From: Octopus vulgaris
Taxonomy: Eukaryota
Assembly: GCA_951406725.2 (NCBI GenBank)
Contig: OX597824.1
Span: forward strand, 60,264,001 to 60,328,000
Direction: 5' to 3'
DNA: 64,000 nucleotides
The notes beneath the pieces were generated by a model. It was not told the DNA's origin. It ran no database searches and worked only from the letters and a program-made list of their open reading frames with translations. Position numbers and translations under genes: made by a program. Below are positions 1-13,039 of this stretch, piece by piece (the stretch's first letter is position 1; every line of letters begins with the position of its first letter).

Positions 1-1390
1 AAATAATATGGGCATCAGAACTCTCAGCTTACAACAAGCTTATTGCACTGTCTGTCCTCATTCCTACATTTGGCCTTCTGAATTGGTTATCACAAGAACT
101 CAATGTGATTGATGTTTGAACTTGTAAGCTGTTCAGTATTACAGGAAACTTCAATATTAATGGTGTTGTAGACAGGCTATACTTCTCACACAAGGTGGGT
201 GATTGTGGTCTCAAATGTGTATTGATGTCATATGAAGCAGTATTGTGGCTCTGAAACAACATCTACAGCAGAAGAAAGAGACCAATAAACTATCTTGCTC
301 AAGTTTGTGACCATGAAATGCATGAAATAAAAGCTGATACAGATCTCTCCCCAAGGAGCATTGATAAAATCTGTTTATCAGAAGAGTAAAATAAAAAAAT
401 AGACCAGTTCACCCAGAAGATAGTACATGGGTACTTTGGCATGAAAAACACAAACTGTGCAAAGGACTGATGATGTCAAAAGCTTGGCATGGTATACTGA
501 CAAATTTATGACATCCCTCTTCAAATTCTACTTCCATGTAATTAAGAACACAAGATCCCCACCAAGTACTACAGCATAAAATACAGAAAGCATTGCTGGA
601 CAACTAATGTAGGCTATGCAAGACTAAAACTGAAGACATTCTCTCACAGTTGGCAATACTGTAATTGATGTCTTCAGTTTTAGTCTTGCATAGCCTACAT
701 TAGTTGTCCAGCAATGCTTTCTGTATTTTATGCTGTAGTACTTGGTGGGGATCTTGTGTTCTTAATTACATGGAAGTGGAATTTGAAGGGGGATGTCATA
801 AATTTGTCAGTACACCATGCCAAGCTTTTGACATCATCAGTCCTTTGCACAGTTTGTGTTTTTCATGCCAAAGTACCCATGTACTGCCAACTGTGAGAGA
901 ATGTCTTCCTGATATTATCTTCCCATGAGACATGATGCAGTGGCCTGAACAGTCTGGAACAGGATAACCAAAAAGAAAAAAACCTACAGACAAAGTTGAT
1001 TATATTCAATCTATGGGTCAAAAGATTATTGGTGGAATCTGAAAATTCAAACAGCCACCATTAAAACACAGTCAGCCAGATATTGTTGTGTAAGACCACA
1101 AGGAAAAGATCTGTTCTGTTGTGGAAATCAGCATCCTTCTGGACGCCAATGTACTTAGAAAAAGACAAGAGAAAGAGGACATCTAGGGATCATTTATAAG
1201 GAGTTTGCAAATCCAGTATCCAAGATAAACTTTCAGCTTCATAGCTATCATAATCGGAGCAACAGGATACATATCAACCCATTTGAAGCAAAGTATGACT
1301 GAACTTGGGATCCTTAATTCATACACTACAAGTGATCTCAATATCTGAGACTATAAAAATTTACAAAACCTTCTTAATATTTAAAGGATG
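1..1390 (+). mobile_element. Decayed 3' half of an REL-endonuclease non-LTR retrotransposon (R4/Dong-like)
   Basis: Hand translation across stops and frameshifts gives post-RT motifs ALSVLIPTFGLLNW and VDRLYFSHKVGDCGL, a zinc-knuckle start CRLCKTKTEDI, YYLPMRHDAVA and REL nuclease PDIVV*DHKEKICSVVEIS...IAIIIGATG. Runs off the window start. Confidence 0.75.
422..885. repeat. Inverted duplication, 218-bp arms (422-639 / 668-885), 28-bp spacer
   Basis: Arms are reverse complements with about 3 mismatches; mirror ORFs 409..603(-) and 704..928(+) give near-identical peptides. Confidence 0.95.
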
Positions 1391-2295
1391 ATGGACAACA
1401 CAAGATGCTTTCCTTTGCAACCTTGCTACGAAGTAGGTGGCCAGTCAAAATTTATTCTAAACTAGCTGAATAGCCTGTCATTGCTGAGCAATTTTTACAA
1501 TAGAATGTCTTATATAAATTTTTGTTTATTCCCTGTCAGACCATATCTTCCCCAACAGATAGGCCTCTTGATCAGGACAGATTTGTGCAGTTTTTTCACA
1601 AAAAACTTTGAGGACTTTTTCCTTTTTAAATTATTTACATATCTGTTCAACTGTTTCACACTATGCCACCACATTTCCCTCACACTAACACTCTTTGCAC
1701 CCTTCTCTTTTTATTAAATAATCACCCCCCCCCCAGGGGGCCCATTATAGACTTTTATTGAAATTCAGTTAGCTTATAATTGAACTGGATGTTAGCTTAA
1801 CATGTGAGCAAAGTTTTGTCAAGATTGGTTCACTGTGGTAGACAGTAAGATGGTAACTGACTGATCAACAGACAGAAATTGACATTTATGTATAAGATTA
1901 AAAAGAGAAAATGCACGCACGCACACATACACACACACACACACACACGCACGCACACACAGATTAACCACATATGATGACAAAATAGATAGAACTCAGT
2001 ATCATTGGAAATAGAGGACTAAAATTAATGACTGATACAGATATGGAGACTTGCATTCAGAACATTAAGTCATTGTGTCAACAATTCAATGATTGCTGCA
2101 TGTCTGCAGTTGTGCTGCCCCACTATGCATTGTAGCATTGATTTCAAAAAGCATGTCCATTTGTTATGTAGGATGTTCATGTTTTTGTAATCAATAGTGC
2201 CATGCACATCAGACTTGCACAGCCAAAACTATGTAATGATCATCAAATTGTTGATACAGAAGCCTAAAAGTCCTGAATGTACACACACACACACA

Positions 2296-2341
<46 letters not shown>

Positions 2342-2342
2342 T

Positions 2343-4008
2343 GACTGGTTGCCCCTTTTGAGCTCCTATACAGTGATGACCTTGTTCTTATGGCTGAATG
2401 TCTACTTGAATTAGAGAAGAGATTTTAGGTATGGAAGCAAGGTCTGGAATCAAAGGGTCTTAGAGTTAATTTTGTAAAGACCAAAGTCCTAGTAAGTAGG
2501 AAGTAGACAAATTACTAATCCCTTCAAGGGGTTGGCTCTGCTTGATATGTAGAAAGGGTATAGGTTGAAATTCTATACAATATACTCAGTGTAAGCTATG
2601 GACACATGAGATGCAACAGTATTGTAGCAAGAGAAAGTAGTCTTTGTGTGTGGCAGATGTGTAGATACATTAAACACAGGAATGTACAAAAAATATACTT
2701 CCACAAATGTCTGGTGTGGGTGGGAGTAGGGTGTGTCTTTAGAAGTAGAAGATAACTTCCATTACCTTGGTGACCAAGCTAGCAGTTGAGGAGGATGCTC
2801 TGAAAGTGCAGTGTCATTAGAATAAGAACCAGCTATGCAAAGTTCAGAGAACTGCAACTGTTGTTGGTGTCAAAGGCCCTTTGTTGGTAACGAAGGCCTC
2901 TCCCTCAGAGTGAAAGGCAGATTGTGTGGTGCCTGTGTACAAACAGCTATGTTACATGGCAGTGACTGCAGAGGACATGTGAAGGTTTGAAAGAAATGGA
3001 GTCAACATGTTCTGCTGAATGTGCAATGTCAGTGTACATGTACAATCTCTAATTGTGAAGGGAACCTGTGGGGGAGGTTACTCCCAGGAATGTGGGATGA
3101 AGTGGTGAGAAATGTTCAGATGTTGAGCCTCACAAAGTAGATGATAAGGGACCAAGACTGCTAGTGATATGCTGTGCTTGAGAAGACACATCAAGCAAAG
3201 AAAATTCATGGGCATCTATACATACAGGCATGTCCTCAGCCCACTCACATAATCTGTCCTCTGTCAAAACTCTCTCACAACTCATCTCCCCAATACCCCC
3301 TCTTCTTCCCACCACTCATGATTACCACCCACTGCAGGCCCATCCACTCTCTCATGTGCCAATCCTCACACTCTCCATGTCCTTACTTCTCTACCATGGC
3401 CTACTCCCAGCCACTCAAATTTCTCTCACCATCACTTGCTACAGCCATCTCCTCCACTTCTCTAAACATCTCCCCACACACTCTTATGGAACATCCCCTT
3501 TTATCCCCTCTGTATCACTTATACTCTCCCTCCACTGTTCCCCACCCCGATGTATCTCCAATACCATTTCGTTCTCTCTCTCTCTCTCTCCCTCTCACTT
3601 TGGTTGTTTCTCTTTCTCCCTAATTGTATCTCTCCTCCCTCTCCTTTTTTTCCTACTGAGTTAGTCAACTATCTCCTTCATAGTAAAACATCTGTCTCTA
3701 TCCCTTTATTATACTCTACCCTCCCACCTGGCACAAAGCCACTTCCCTCAGTTCCACTCCCTCTCCCAGCTGAGAGGTCTTCATCTGACATATCACTTGG
3801 CTAGGTACCAGAGCTGTTGACTTGTAAAAAGTACCCTGTACCCTCTGTAAAGTGGCTGGTGTTAGGAACGGTATTCAATCATAGAAACCATGCCAAAACA
3901 GATGATTGGCATGTGGTGCAGCTCTCTGGGTTGCCAGCTCCTGTAAACTGTCCAACTCATGCCAGCATAGAAGATGGACATTAAATGATGAAAATGATGA
4001 TGATGATT
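2343..4008 (+). mobile_element. Old 5'-truncated RTE-clade LINE copy with pyrimidine-rich 3' region and (GAT)n tail
   Basis: 2343-3200 is homologous to 37260-38240 (ELLYSDDLVLMAE, Cys-rich segment); 3830-4008 matches the conserved family tail. Confidence 0.8.
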
Positions 4009-4098
4009 ATATATATATATAGTTAGTTTTTGGATTTGGTTTGCAAGGTTCTTTATATGTGTGTAGAAGCATTATTTATATATATATATATATACATA

Positions 4099-6226
4099 TA
4101 GGTGGGCACTGTTAATCAAAAAGTTAACTTCTTTAATCATTAATCCTGTAATTCTTTGAAAATGTAACAGAAGTTAACATTAATCTGTTAAAGTTAACTT
4201 TTATTGAAAAAAGGCATAACTACAGTTTTAATACCTCACCAACTTTGTTGCCTCATAACTGCCAGAAAAATGGATACTTTTTAACGAAACTTTCACCAAA
4301 TAATCACTTATATCCTGTAGATTGAGTGTATGTAAAGATTTGTTGGAGAAACGTTTTCTAAGAAGTTGGGGAGAGGAGTTTCAGAAAATTCACAGGACTC
4401 GACATTTCCCCTTCTCATAACTTTCTGGAAAATCGGTATCTTTTAATGAAATTTTATGCAAATACCTTTCAGACATTGTAGATTATGGTTACAAAGAAAT
4501 TTGTAGACAAAATGTTTGGAAGGGGGCTGGGGGTGGTGGAGAGTTTCTGGAAAACGGAGTTTCAAATCAGACAGTCCACATAAGTTGGAATTTTTGTTTT
4601 GATGGGGATTTTTTCCAATGTTTTTCACCAAAGTCTTCAGAATGATGGGAGGCATCTTTTCATGAAAAAAAGAAAAAATATTTTTTCACTCCCCCCCCCC
4701 CCCTCACCACTCCAGTCCAAAACGATTTTAACCATTTTTTTTTCACTATGCACTTAAAGCTGTGGGAGAAACATTTTTGATTTTAAAAAATTGTTAATAA
4801 TTTCAGAGGAATATGTGTGATTTAAAGATCTGGTTGTTGTTTCTTGCACATCCCAAAACCTCCCTCCTTATTTCTTTCTCACTCACACATCTGTTGATAT
4901 TTTTCAATATTTTTCTCCTCATAAACATATTTTATGGAATGATGATGTCAAAGTAACACACATGTAGTCCCAACTGAGCGAGGTTGTGTTATGTGTGTGT
5001 GTGTAAGAAAAAATAAAGACACCTAAAAACATCTTTAGTGTTCATATTAATCTGTCAAATGTAATGCTTATTTGCTCACATTATTTTGAATTATTCAGGT
5101 TCAAGAGGGGTGTCAACAATATTTGCTTGTAACTTTGTAAATTTTTTACATACAGATCTGAAATTTTGTCAGTGGGTGCTTTATATACCACTAGTTTATA
5201 GTTATTTAGTTTTTTTTGCTGATCTTGCAGAGTCAATTTGACTTTTATGGGCAGGTAAATTTAATTACCTACCCATAATAATATTATGGACAGACACTAA
5301 AATCGAAATTCTTAATGCATCTTACCTGTTTGATTTGTTACTAAAATTATCCCAGATGGCAACTGACAAAAATTTTGCCCCTTTTCAAGATGAGGTATAT
5401 TAATTTGAATTAATTAAGATACATGCATAATTGGTACAAGGTTTTATTCTTTTGGTAAATATTTCGTACCTTGGTGTGGAATAATTTTTTTCCACAGTTT
5501 TTTTAGGGACATTCAACGTAACTGATCTCCAAACCCACTGCAAGCCACTTTTTTCTGGAAAAGAAAGGTGGGAGGGGTGGTGGGGACCTCGAAGTTTGTT
5601 TCACAGATCTTTTTTTCTTTTCCAGGTTATTTTGCATGCTTTCAACCAATGTGACATCAAAATCACGCGTAAACAGCTCCTTTTCCCAGGAAAGGGAAGA
5701 TTTGGTTGCTCTTTCTAGCATACCCTGCTACCGTGTAATAGCTATTTGCATTCACACCGAAATATTTACCAACTATTTTCCTTTCCATTCACTTTTTCCA
5801 CTTTATGGAAGTCAATATTTTCTCTGTTGACATCCACCTCTGTTAATTTTGCTTTCCTCCCTGTTTTGTGCTTTCTGGAAGAAAAGCCCTCACATTATAT
5901 GAATGCTACAAAAATTCACTAACATGATTTGTTTATTTTTCTAAAAGATTCCATAAAGGAATTAGATACAATGGATTTTGGCCAGTTTAAACACTAAAGG
6001 GTTAAAAAGTGCCAAAACTATAAAATCAGCTTTTTTGGCCTTTTAAACATTTACCAGTTTCTATGAAATTTGGGGGTTAATGGACTTCAGTTAACAGAAG
6101 CTAAACGTGACAAGTTAATTAGTCCAATAATGATTTTCAAAGTTAACTTAAAAGTTAAACTGCTAATGAAAATGTTAACTTTGATAATTAACGATTAACA
6201 GATTAACAGACTTACAACCAGCTCAG
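4099..6226. mobile_element. Possible non-autonomous DNA transposon relic (hAT-like) with GTTAA-rich subterminal repeats and nested insertions
   Basis: Left end taggtgggcactgttaatc, right end gattaacag...ccagctcag; clustered (A)GTTAAC motifs near both ends; imperfect TIRs. Confidence 0.35.
5031..6004 (+). mobile_element. piggyBac-like MITE (family of 39914/40269) split by a ~0.8 kb insertion
   Basis: 5031-5097 matches the family left end (ctgtcaaatgtaatgcttattt); about 5925-6004 matches the right end, finishing aagggTTAA. Confidence 0.45.
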
Positions 6227-6902
6227 TATGTACACACACACACACACACATATATATGTATATATGTATACATATATATACATACATACATATATATATT
6301 TATACATATATATACATATATGTACACATACACATATTTATACAGCATGGTTATCATCATCATTATCATTTTACCTCCATGTACATGTGTGCTTTGTATA
6401 ACTATATGTAATGTTTTAAATAATACATACATTTAAAGAATAACATTTGCTAGAAAAAAATCGAAGAATTTGTTTTGCTTTTTATCAGCAGAAATTGAAC
6501 CACTTGTCTCATGGGTAGAGGAGAGATGAGTGAAGCATACAATAATACTATTACATTGAGAATTAACTAGAATCTTCAATTATTTTCTTTTTTTCTTTTT
6601 CATTTCTTTCAGAATCTCTTTCAAGTGATCTCAGTTGAATGCTAACAATTTTGTAAATGAAAGAAGCAACAAAAAAGCAAAAAAGAAAAAAAAGAAAAGA
6701 AACTGAAGAGAAAATATATAAATTATTTTAGGGAGAAATTTATTAGAACCGGCCAGCTGTATTAAATTTAAAGTAAAACAAAAATAACAAATTTCAAAGA
6801 AATTAATTTAGTTAATTGTGTATTAAATAATCTTGTTTGGAAGTGGAAATAATTGAAAATAAAAATAGTTTGTTCATTTTTTCACTGTTTTGTGTGTAGA
6901 TG

Positions 6903-6937
<35 letters not shown>

Positions 6938-7167
6938 AATTAAGATTTTGAATTTCATTTCGAAATGAATTCTAGGTCAGACAGATTTTATCTGCTAAAA
7001 CAGCTGAAGTGTCATTGTCTATGTCGGCTCAATGACAGTTTCTTATGTAAATGTTCTGCTAGCATAATAAACTATGACACTCTTGTTTGTTGGAATTAAC
7101 ACTTGTTGATTGTCCATTTTTATGTATGGCTTAAACTACTGTGCTCTCTCTTTCTCATTTTCTGTCT

Positions 7168-7177
7168 TTCTATCTAT

Positions 7178-7234
<57 letters not shown>

Positions 7235-7262
7235 AGTCTATCTGTCTATCTATCTATCTATC
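7168..7262. repeat. (CTAT)n microsatellite
   Basis: Direct reading. Confidence 0.95.
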
Positions 7263-7439
7263 ACTTTTACTGTAAAGTGCCATGTGAAATAAAATTCTCA
7301 GCAATAAATCAATATCTAAACTGAAAACAACACTTGAGCCTTTATAGGTTTTGAAGTGAGAATATTTTCTATATCAGTTTTAGTTATGTCTTTCTTACCA
7401 AGTCCATAAATGCACCATATATTTGTTACTGGCTTTTGT

Positions 7440-7668
7440 TTAACCCTTTCATTACTGTATTTATTTTGAGATGCTCTGCATTTCTTTCAATTACTTTAAA
7501 TATAACAAAGAATTTAGCAAAATAACTTCGTTATCATTCAGCCAGTGTTAGGAACATAAATTGTGACTAAGGTTTGGTGGAAGATTTTAATTCAAAACTT
7601 AAGAAAACAAGACATTTGTACAACAGAGCCAGAACCAGTTTCAGCCAGGTTGGTAATGAAAGGGTTAA
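7440..7668. mobile_element. piggyBac-like MITE
   Basis: TTAA flanks and perfect 12-bp TIR ccctttcattac/gtaatgaaaggg; second copy in opposite orientation at 21789-22016. Confidence 0.85.
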
Positions 7669-9603
7669 TCCCTACCTCAGCCCTATCAGAGTAGCCCTAA
7701 CACCATAGGTTTGTGGGAGATTTGACTGCTATTTAGAGCAGGTTGAGTGACTACATAGTCACTCCCTCACTTTTATCCTGTATGCAAATGCTATGTTGCT
7801 AGTGTGTCCGTGAGTGTTACCATAGGCATAGCTGCAAGGGAAAAGTCAATATATAGATCACACAACGTCTTGGAAAGGGATAAGGCCAATTTTTCTAGAG
7901 TGACATAAATCTATTGAATCAAACTTCAGTATTTTAATAGGATTTATTTTATTAACTCTAAAGGAATCTTTAGAAAGAAACCTGAATCATTGAGACTAAT
8001 TACCAAGAGATACCATCTTCATGAAAATTGATAGTTAAATTAGTAATAGCATATTTAGCATGGCATAAATCTTATTAGAAATACTTTTGTGGTAAAGAAA
8101 AGACATTATCAACTCAACAACTGGGAGACAACTCAGAACATGTTTGAGTCTTATAAGACTTCCTCAGTGAAGCTGTAAAAATGTGATTAAACCAAAGATG
8201 AAAAGACTAAGACACATAAACTATGAGCATCATCTGTTCACATTTCTTTGATTGACAGTTACCAGTGATGAGACCACCACTGTAATGTGCACTAACATTG
8301 CCCTCTCTCATTCCCATACTAACTATTAGTGTCTTCTAGCTGCACTAAGACACAATCATTAACCATGGATACAGTATGAGATCATAATAATAATAATTCT
8401 TCATTCCCAGGAATTCAGATAAAATATATGAGATTAGAATTGACCTGACAAGAATGGAGACAACTCCACTTGAAACTGGTACAATGTTGAACTACTTCCA
8501 GCGTCCTTTTTAGGCCAGAGAGTATAATGTCTGAAGCATTGTGACTAAAGGAATGAAGATGAGGACACTAATCTGAATGTATTTGCATAATAAATTTTGC
8601 TTATCAAATTATCATGAGCACACCAAACTGAGAATCAAAACAATGATGAATCTATTCACTCTTAACATATTCTACCAGATTTGAACATGAATATGCTAAT
8701 CACTGTTGTATTTAGATTAAGGAGAGCATTGATGTTTAACCTTCTTCTTTTAGATGATTTGTGTTAACAACACATAAAACACCCACTTATGTACCCTACT
8801 CTTTTACATACTCTACTCCCTACATCACTGAATAATGTCGGTTGTCAACACATAGCATCTAAAGGAGTTGCTCTCCAAAGATGAACTACTCCAGCAGAAC
8901 ATATTCATGTTCAAATCTGTTAGAACAAGATAAGAATGGATAAATATAATTCTGTCTATCTTGGCTACTTTCCACCAACATCTAGTTCACTCTTCAGAAT
9001 CCTAAGGCTAACCAAGGGTAAATTGAAATTCAAAACAGAGAGCTGTGTAATTAAATACTTCAAGTGTTTGTCTGACATGCTACTGTTTCTACCATCAACC
9101 AACATCAGTGATACGGTAAAAATTGAATACCAACAATGTGAAATTAACCTGTTTGTTTACTGTGATTTGAGAAATTATATCACTATATCACATTTGTTTA
9201 TATAATATAGTTGTCAGTAAGATATTTACGTATTACAAAACAAGAAGGACATTGAAAGTTATGACTGCTGCGCATTTGCCAAAGTCATTAGAGTTAAGTT
9301 AATCAGGCAGACACATGACTGAGTAATTAAGATGTAAATTGAGCAGATGCACGGGTGTGCCATGAGGAAGGTTTACTTTGTAATTTCATGATATTAGGTT
9401 CAATCTCATTGTGTGAGACCTTGAATAAGTGTCATCTACTAGCCTTGAGTTAACCAATGCCTTGTGAGTGAAATCTGAAAGATGGAAGTAATGGAGAAAC
9501 TCACTGTGTGTATCTGTGTATACATACACATATAGATACATATACACACATACATATATATATGATTTTATATATTTATGTGTGTGCATGTATGTGTGTG
9601 TGA

Positions 9604-9643
<40 letters not shown>

Positions 9644-9671
9644 GTATATATACATATGTATATACATATCT

Positions 9672-10007
9672 GTGAAGGTGCATGGCTCAGTGATTAGAGC
9701 GTCAAGCTTACCATCGTGAGGTTGTGAGTTCAATTCCAAGACTGGGCTGCGTGTTGTGTTCTTGAGCAAGACACTTTATTTCACGTTGCTCTAATTAACT
9801 CAGCTGTAGAAATGAGTGGCAACATCACTGGTGCCAAGCTGTATCAGCCTTTGCCTTTCCCTTGGATAACATCAGTGATGTGGAGAGGGGAAGATGGTAT
9901 GCATGGGCAACTGCTGGCCTTCCATAAACAACCTTGCCCAGATTTGTGCCTTGGAGGGTAACTTTCTAGGTGCAATCTCATGGTCATTCATGACTGAAGG
10001 GGGTCTC
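9672..10007 (+). mobile_element. tRNA-derived SINE
   Basis: A box tggctcagtga (9683), B box gagttcaattcc (9726), then gtgttcttgagcaagacacttt core shared with 40305-40620. Confidence 0.85.
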
Positions 10008-10018
10008 AGATATATATG

Positions 10019-10171
10019 GATCAAAACAGTTTGATTCAAACTCTTTGGTACTCTGAATTTCAAGCATGTCGCTAGTCTTTTGCCAACAGATTTATGTCAT
10101 CCAATGGTCAAAGTCAAGCAACTCACTTTCAACTCAGAGTACCAAAGTGTTTGAATCAAACTGTTTTGATC
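10019..10171. repeat. Fold-back hairpin, 38-bp arms
   Basis: 10019-10056 and 10134-10171 are reverse complements with 1 mismatch. Confidence 0.9.
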
Positions 10172-10625
10172 TATACATGTAGCTTCCAATAAATGTGTTG
10201 AGTGCCCTTCTTTCATTTGTCTACTCACTCATACATATATTTATATAGGAATTCCAACTACATTTCGTGGTTCACTCCCTCAACAGCTCTTTTCTAAGAT
10301 CCAGTGACTAATGACATCATCAGGAGGAACCATGGCCAGTTTCAGCCCCTACTCCGCCTCACTCCCCCCCCCCACCTTTGATAGGCAGCTTCAACACCAC
10401 CTTCTTTCAGTCGGAGCTCAAGCTGGCGTTTTAGTGGTAAACCAACCCAAGCACTTATAGTACATTATGTCATAAGATGAAAAACTTTATATATATATTT
10501 TCTACTTTAATGATGGTCTCAATGAGAGTGAAAATAAATGCCAGTAATATACAGGATCACATGCGTGTGTGTGTGTACATTTGTGTCTCATACCGAATGC
10601 ATATATATATATATATATATATAAA

Positions 10626-10694
<69 letters not shown>

Positions 10695-10723
10695 GTATGT
10701 ATGTATATATATATATATGTATG

Positions 10724-10760
<37 letters not shown>

Positions 10761-11012
10761 ACATTAATAAATAAAACATATGCATATATACATACATATA
10801 TGTACGTACCTACATCTGCATGTAAATATACATGCATATATGGGTACAGGACACCCAAAAAACGTCGAACACAATGAGAAACGAAAACATAAACACAAAA
10901 CCAAGGAAATGGACATTTTTCTTAAACAAAGAAAAAATAGAGTACAGGACATACAACACAAGGAAAATTCCCCTTCTTCAGTCGCCTCTGTTTCATCTAC
11001 TCCGTGTTTCGA

Positions 11013-11082
<70 letters not shown>

Positions 11083-11434
11083 TATCTATATGTATATATG
11101 TATATGCAGCTCCCCAGTTTGTCAGCTCTGATCATGCCATCCAAGCAATTCCAGCAAGGACAAGGAATGTTAAATGATGGTGGTGATTATGATGATGTAT
11201 CAGTACCACATAAAAAGCACCTGTGTTGGTACCACATAAAAGGTACCTGCCATGTGAAAGGCACCCATGCTGTTGCAAAATATAAATATATATGACAATG
11301 TGCTGAAAAGTTCCTGGCTTTGGGTAAATACAGGAGGATCAGTTAATTATGACTTTAGTCAACATATTCTCCTCTCAGATTCATGTACTTATTGCAGCAG
11401 TCCTTCAGTTGTGTGTGGTGTGTGTGTGTGTGTA

Positions 11435-11844
11435 GATTTATTCACATTTAAAACTTTTTTATTAAATCGTTTTCTACAGCATATATAACTCTGTCTTATA
11501 TATGTTTTGACTGCAGTGACTGCACATTGCTCTGTATGCAATTATGCATTCTAGTCACTGCATTTCCATCAAGGGTCCATCACTCATGACATTTTCAAAG
11601 TGAACTGATTCAAACAAGTGTCCTGTGTTGGTATACAGTTAAAGGTGATAGCATTATTTTAAAATCCAATGGAGGAATTCTGGTCTTATAAACACCTCTA
11701 CTGGTATTACAGTTGAAGCATGATTTTAAAACATTAATTCAGATTTCAATTAATTGTAGCAGTTTTGTTTGCATGTTGCTGTATGGCGTACATTATTTAT
11801 TCTGAGGTATTTTACTTATTTTGGGTTTATACCTTCAATTGATA

Positions 11845-11900
<56 letters not shown>

Positions 11901-11911
11901 TTAGTAGCAGT

Positions 11912-11976
<65 letters not shown>

Positions 11977-12819
11977 CAGCAGCAGCAGCAGTATTATTTG
12001 TATAAATATCATTATTACAATCGTTTTTCTAATTAGCATAATAACTATAGATGGTCAGTTGTGTTTATTTAAACTGTTTAGACATATATTTTCTCAGGTG
12101 TGGACATCTTAGAGCCTGTTTCTGTCTTGTGCTTATAAGAGTAAATTTAGAAGTGAAAATTTGGTACATTTCTTCCACACAAGAGTCACATCTATTATCA
12201 CCTATTCTATAAGGTTTTGCCTTACTAATTATTTCCCAAGCAATCAAATATGATTTTGTTACTATCTTTTAATGCTCAGATTAGTTTACTAAGGTTAGTA
12301 GTATTCACTTTGTTCCTATATCTAAATGACTGGCAATTCTTTGCTTAATATAACATGAACTAGCTCCTATATAGAAGTACTCCCTATTCTCTGAGGTAAT
12401 CTTACATCTGTATACGATATCTTTATACTTACGATTAGAGTTAAGCAGACAGACCCTCTACTTTGCACAATTGCATTTGATAGTTCTACTACTTTCATTA
12501 ATAGTTTCTGCTTCAGTTTCACTAGAGGTGATTTCTAAATTCTAAGCTATTACTTTTTCCTACATAGACAACATTTTGAGTACTGCTCTTTTTAGGATTC
12601 ACATTTTCCACTTCCAGGCTAATGTGGAAATTCGTTTGGGTAGCTTTTATTTTATTGGCTGTCAAACAATAGTTCCTATCCTGATACCTAGTTGGGTTAC
12701 TAGAATGCATAATTGCATACAGAGCAATGTGTAGTCACTGCATTCAAAACATATGTAGGTCAGAGTTACATATTCTGTAGAAAACATTTTAGTAGAAAAG
12801 TTTTGGATGTGAATAAATC
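11435..12819 (-). mobile_element. Penelope-like element remnant: GIY-YIG endonuclease fragment between inverted pLTR-like repeats
   Basis: Minus strand ~12480-12065 reads CNCAK*RVC...DIVYRCKITSENREYFYIGASS...IAWEIISKAKPYRIGDNRCDSCVEE...CPH; ~121-bp inverted repeats at 11435-11555 and 12699-12819. Confidence 0.8.
11846..11991. repeat. Compound (ATT)n(GCA)n(GTA)n microsatellite
   Basis: Direct reading. Confidence 0.95.
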
Positions 12820-13039
12820 CTCACTCTTCTCTTCATTATCAATTTTATACTCTATGGAGTATTTGCAGTTCTGAAAAGGAACATGGAACTACCCAATGAA
12901 TGAAGTTTTAAGCTTTAGCACTATCTAATTGGAGCATTGTGGATAGCCAGCATCTATACCAATTTGTGAGATAATATGGTATCCACCAGGATAACTTATC
13001 CCTTTTATACCCTATATATATATATATATACATACAGAT

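Noticed and set aside
7990-8570. Possible very decayed LINE fragment on the minus strand
   Set aside because: Only faint motif resemblance; cannot be supported without a search.
9672-9745. tRNA gene (also SINE heads near 18683, 28803, 36363, 40620)
   Set aside because: A and B boxes only; each continues into a repeated SINE body and gives no clean cloverleaf.
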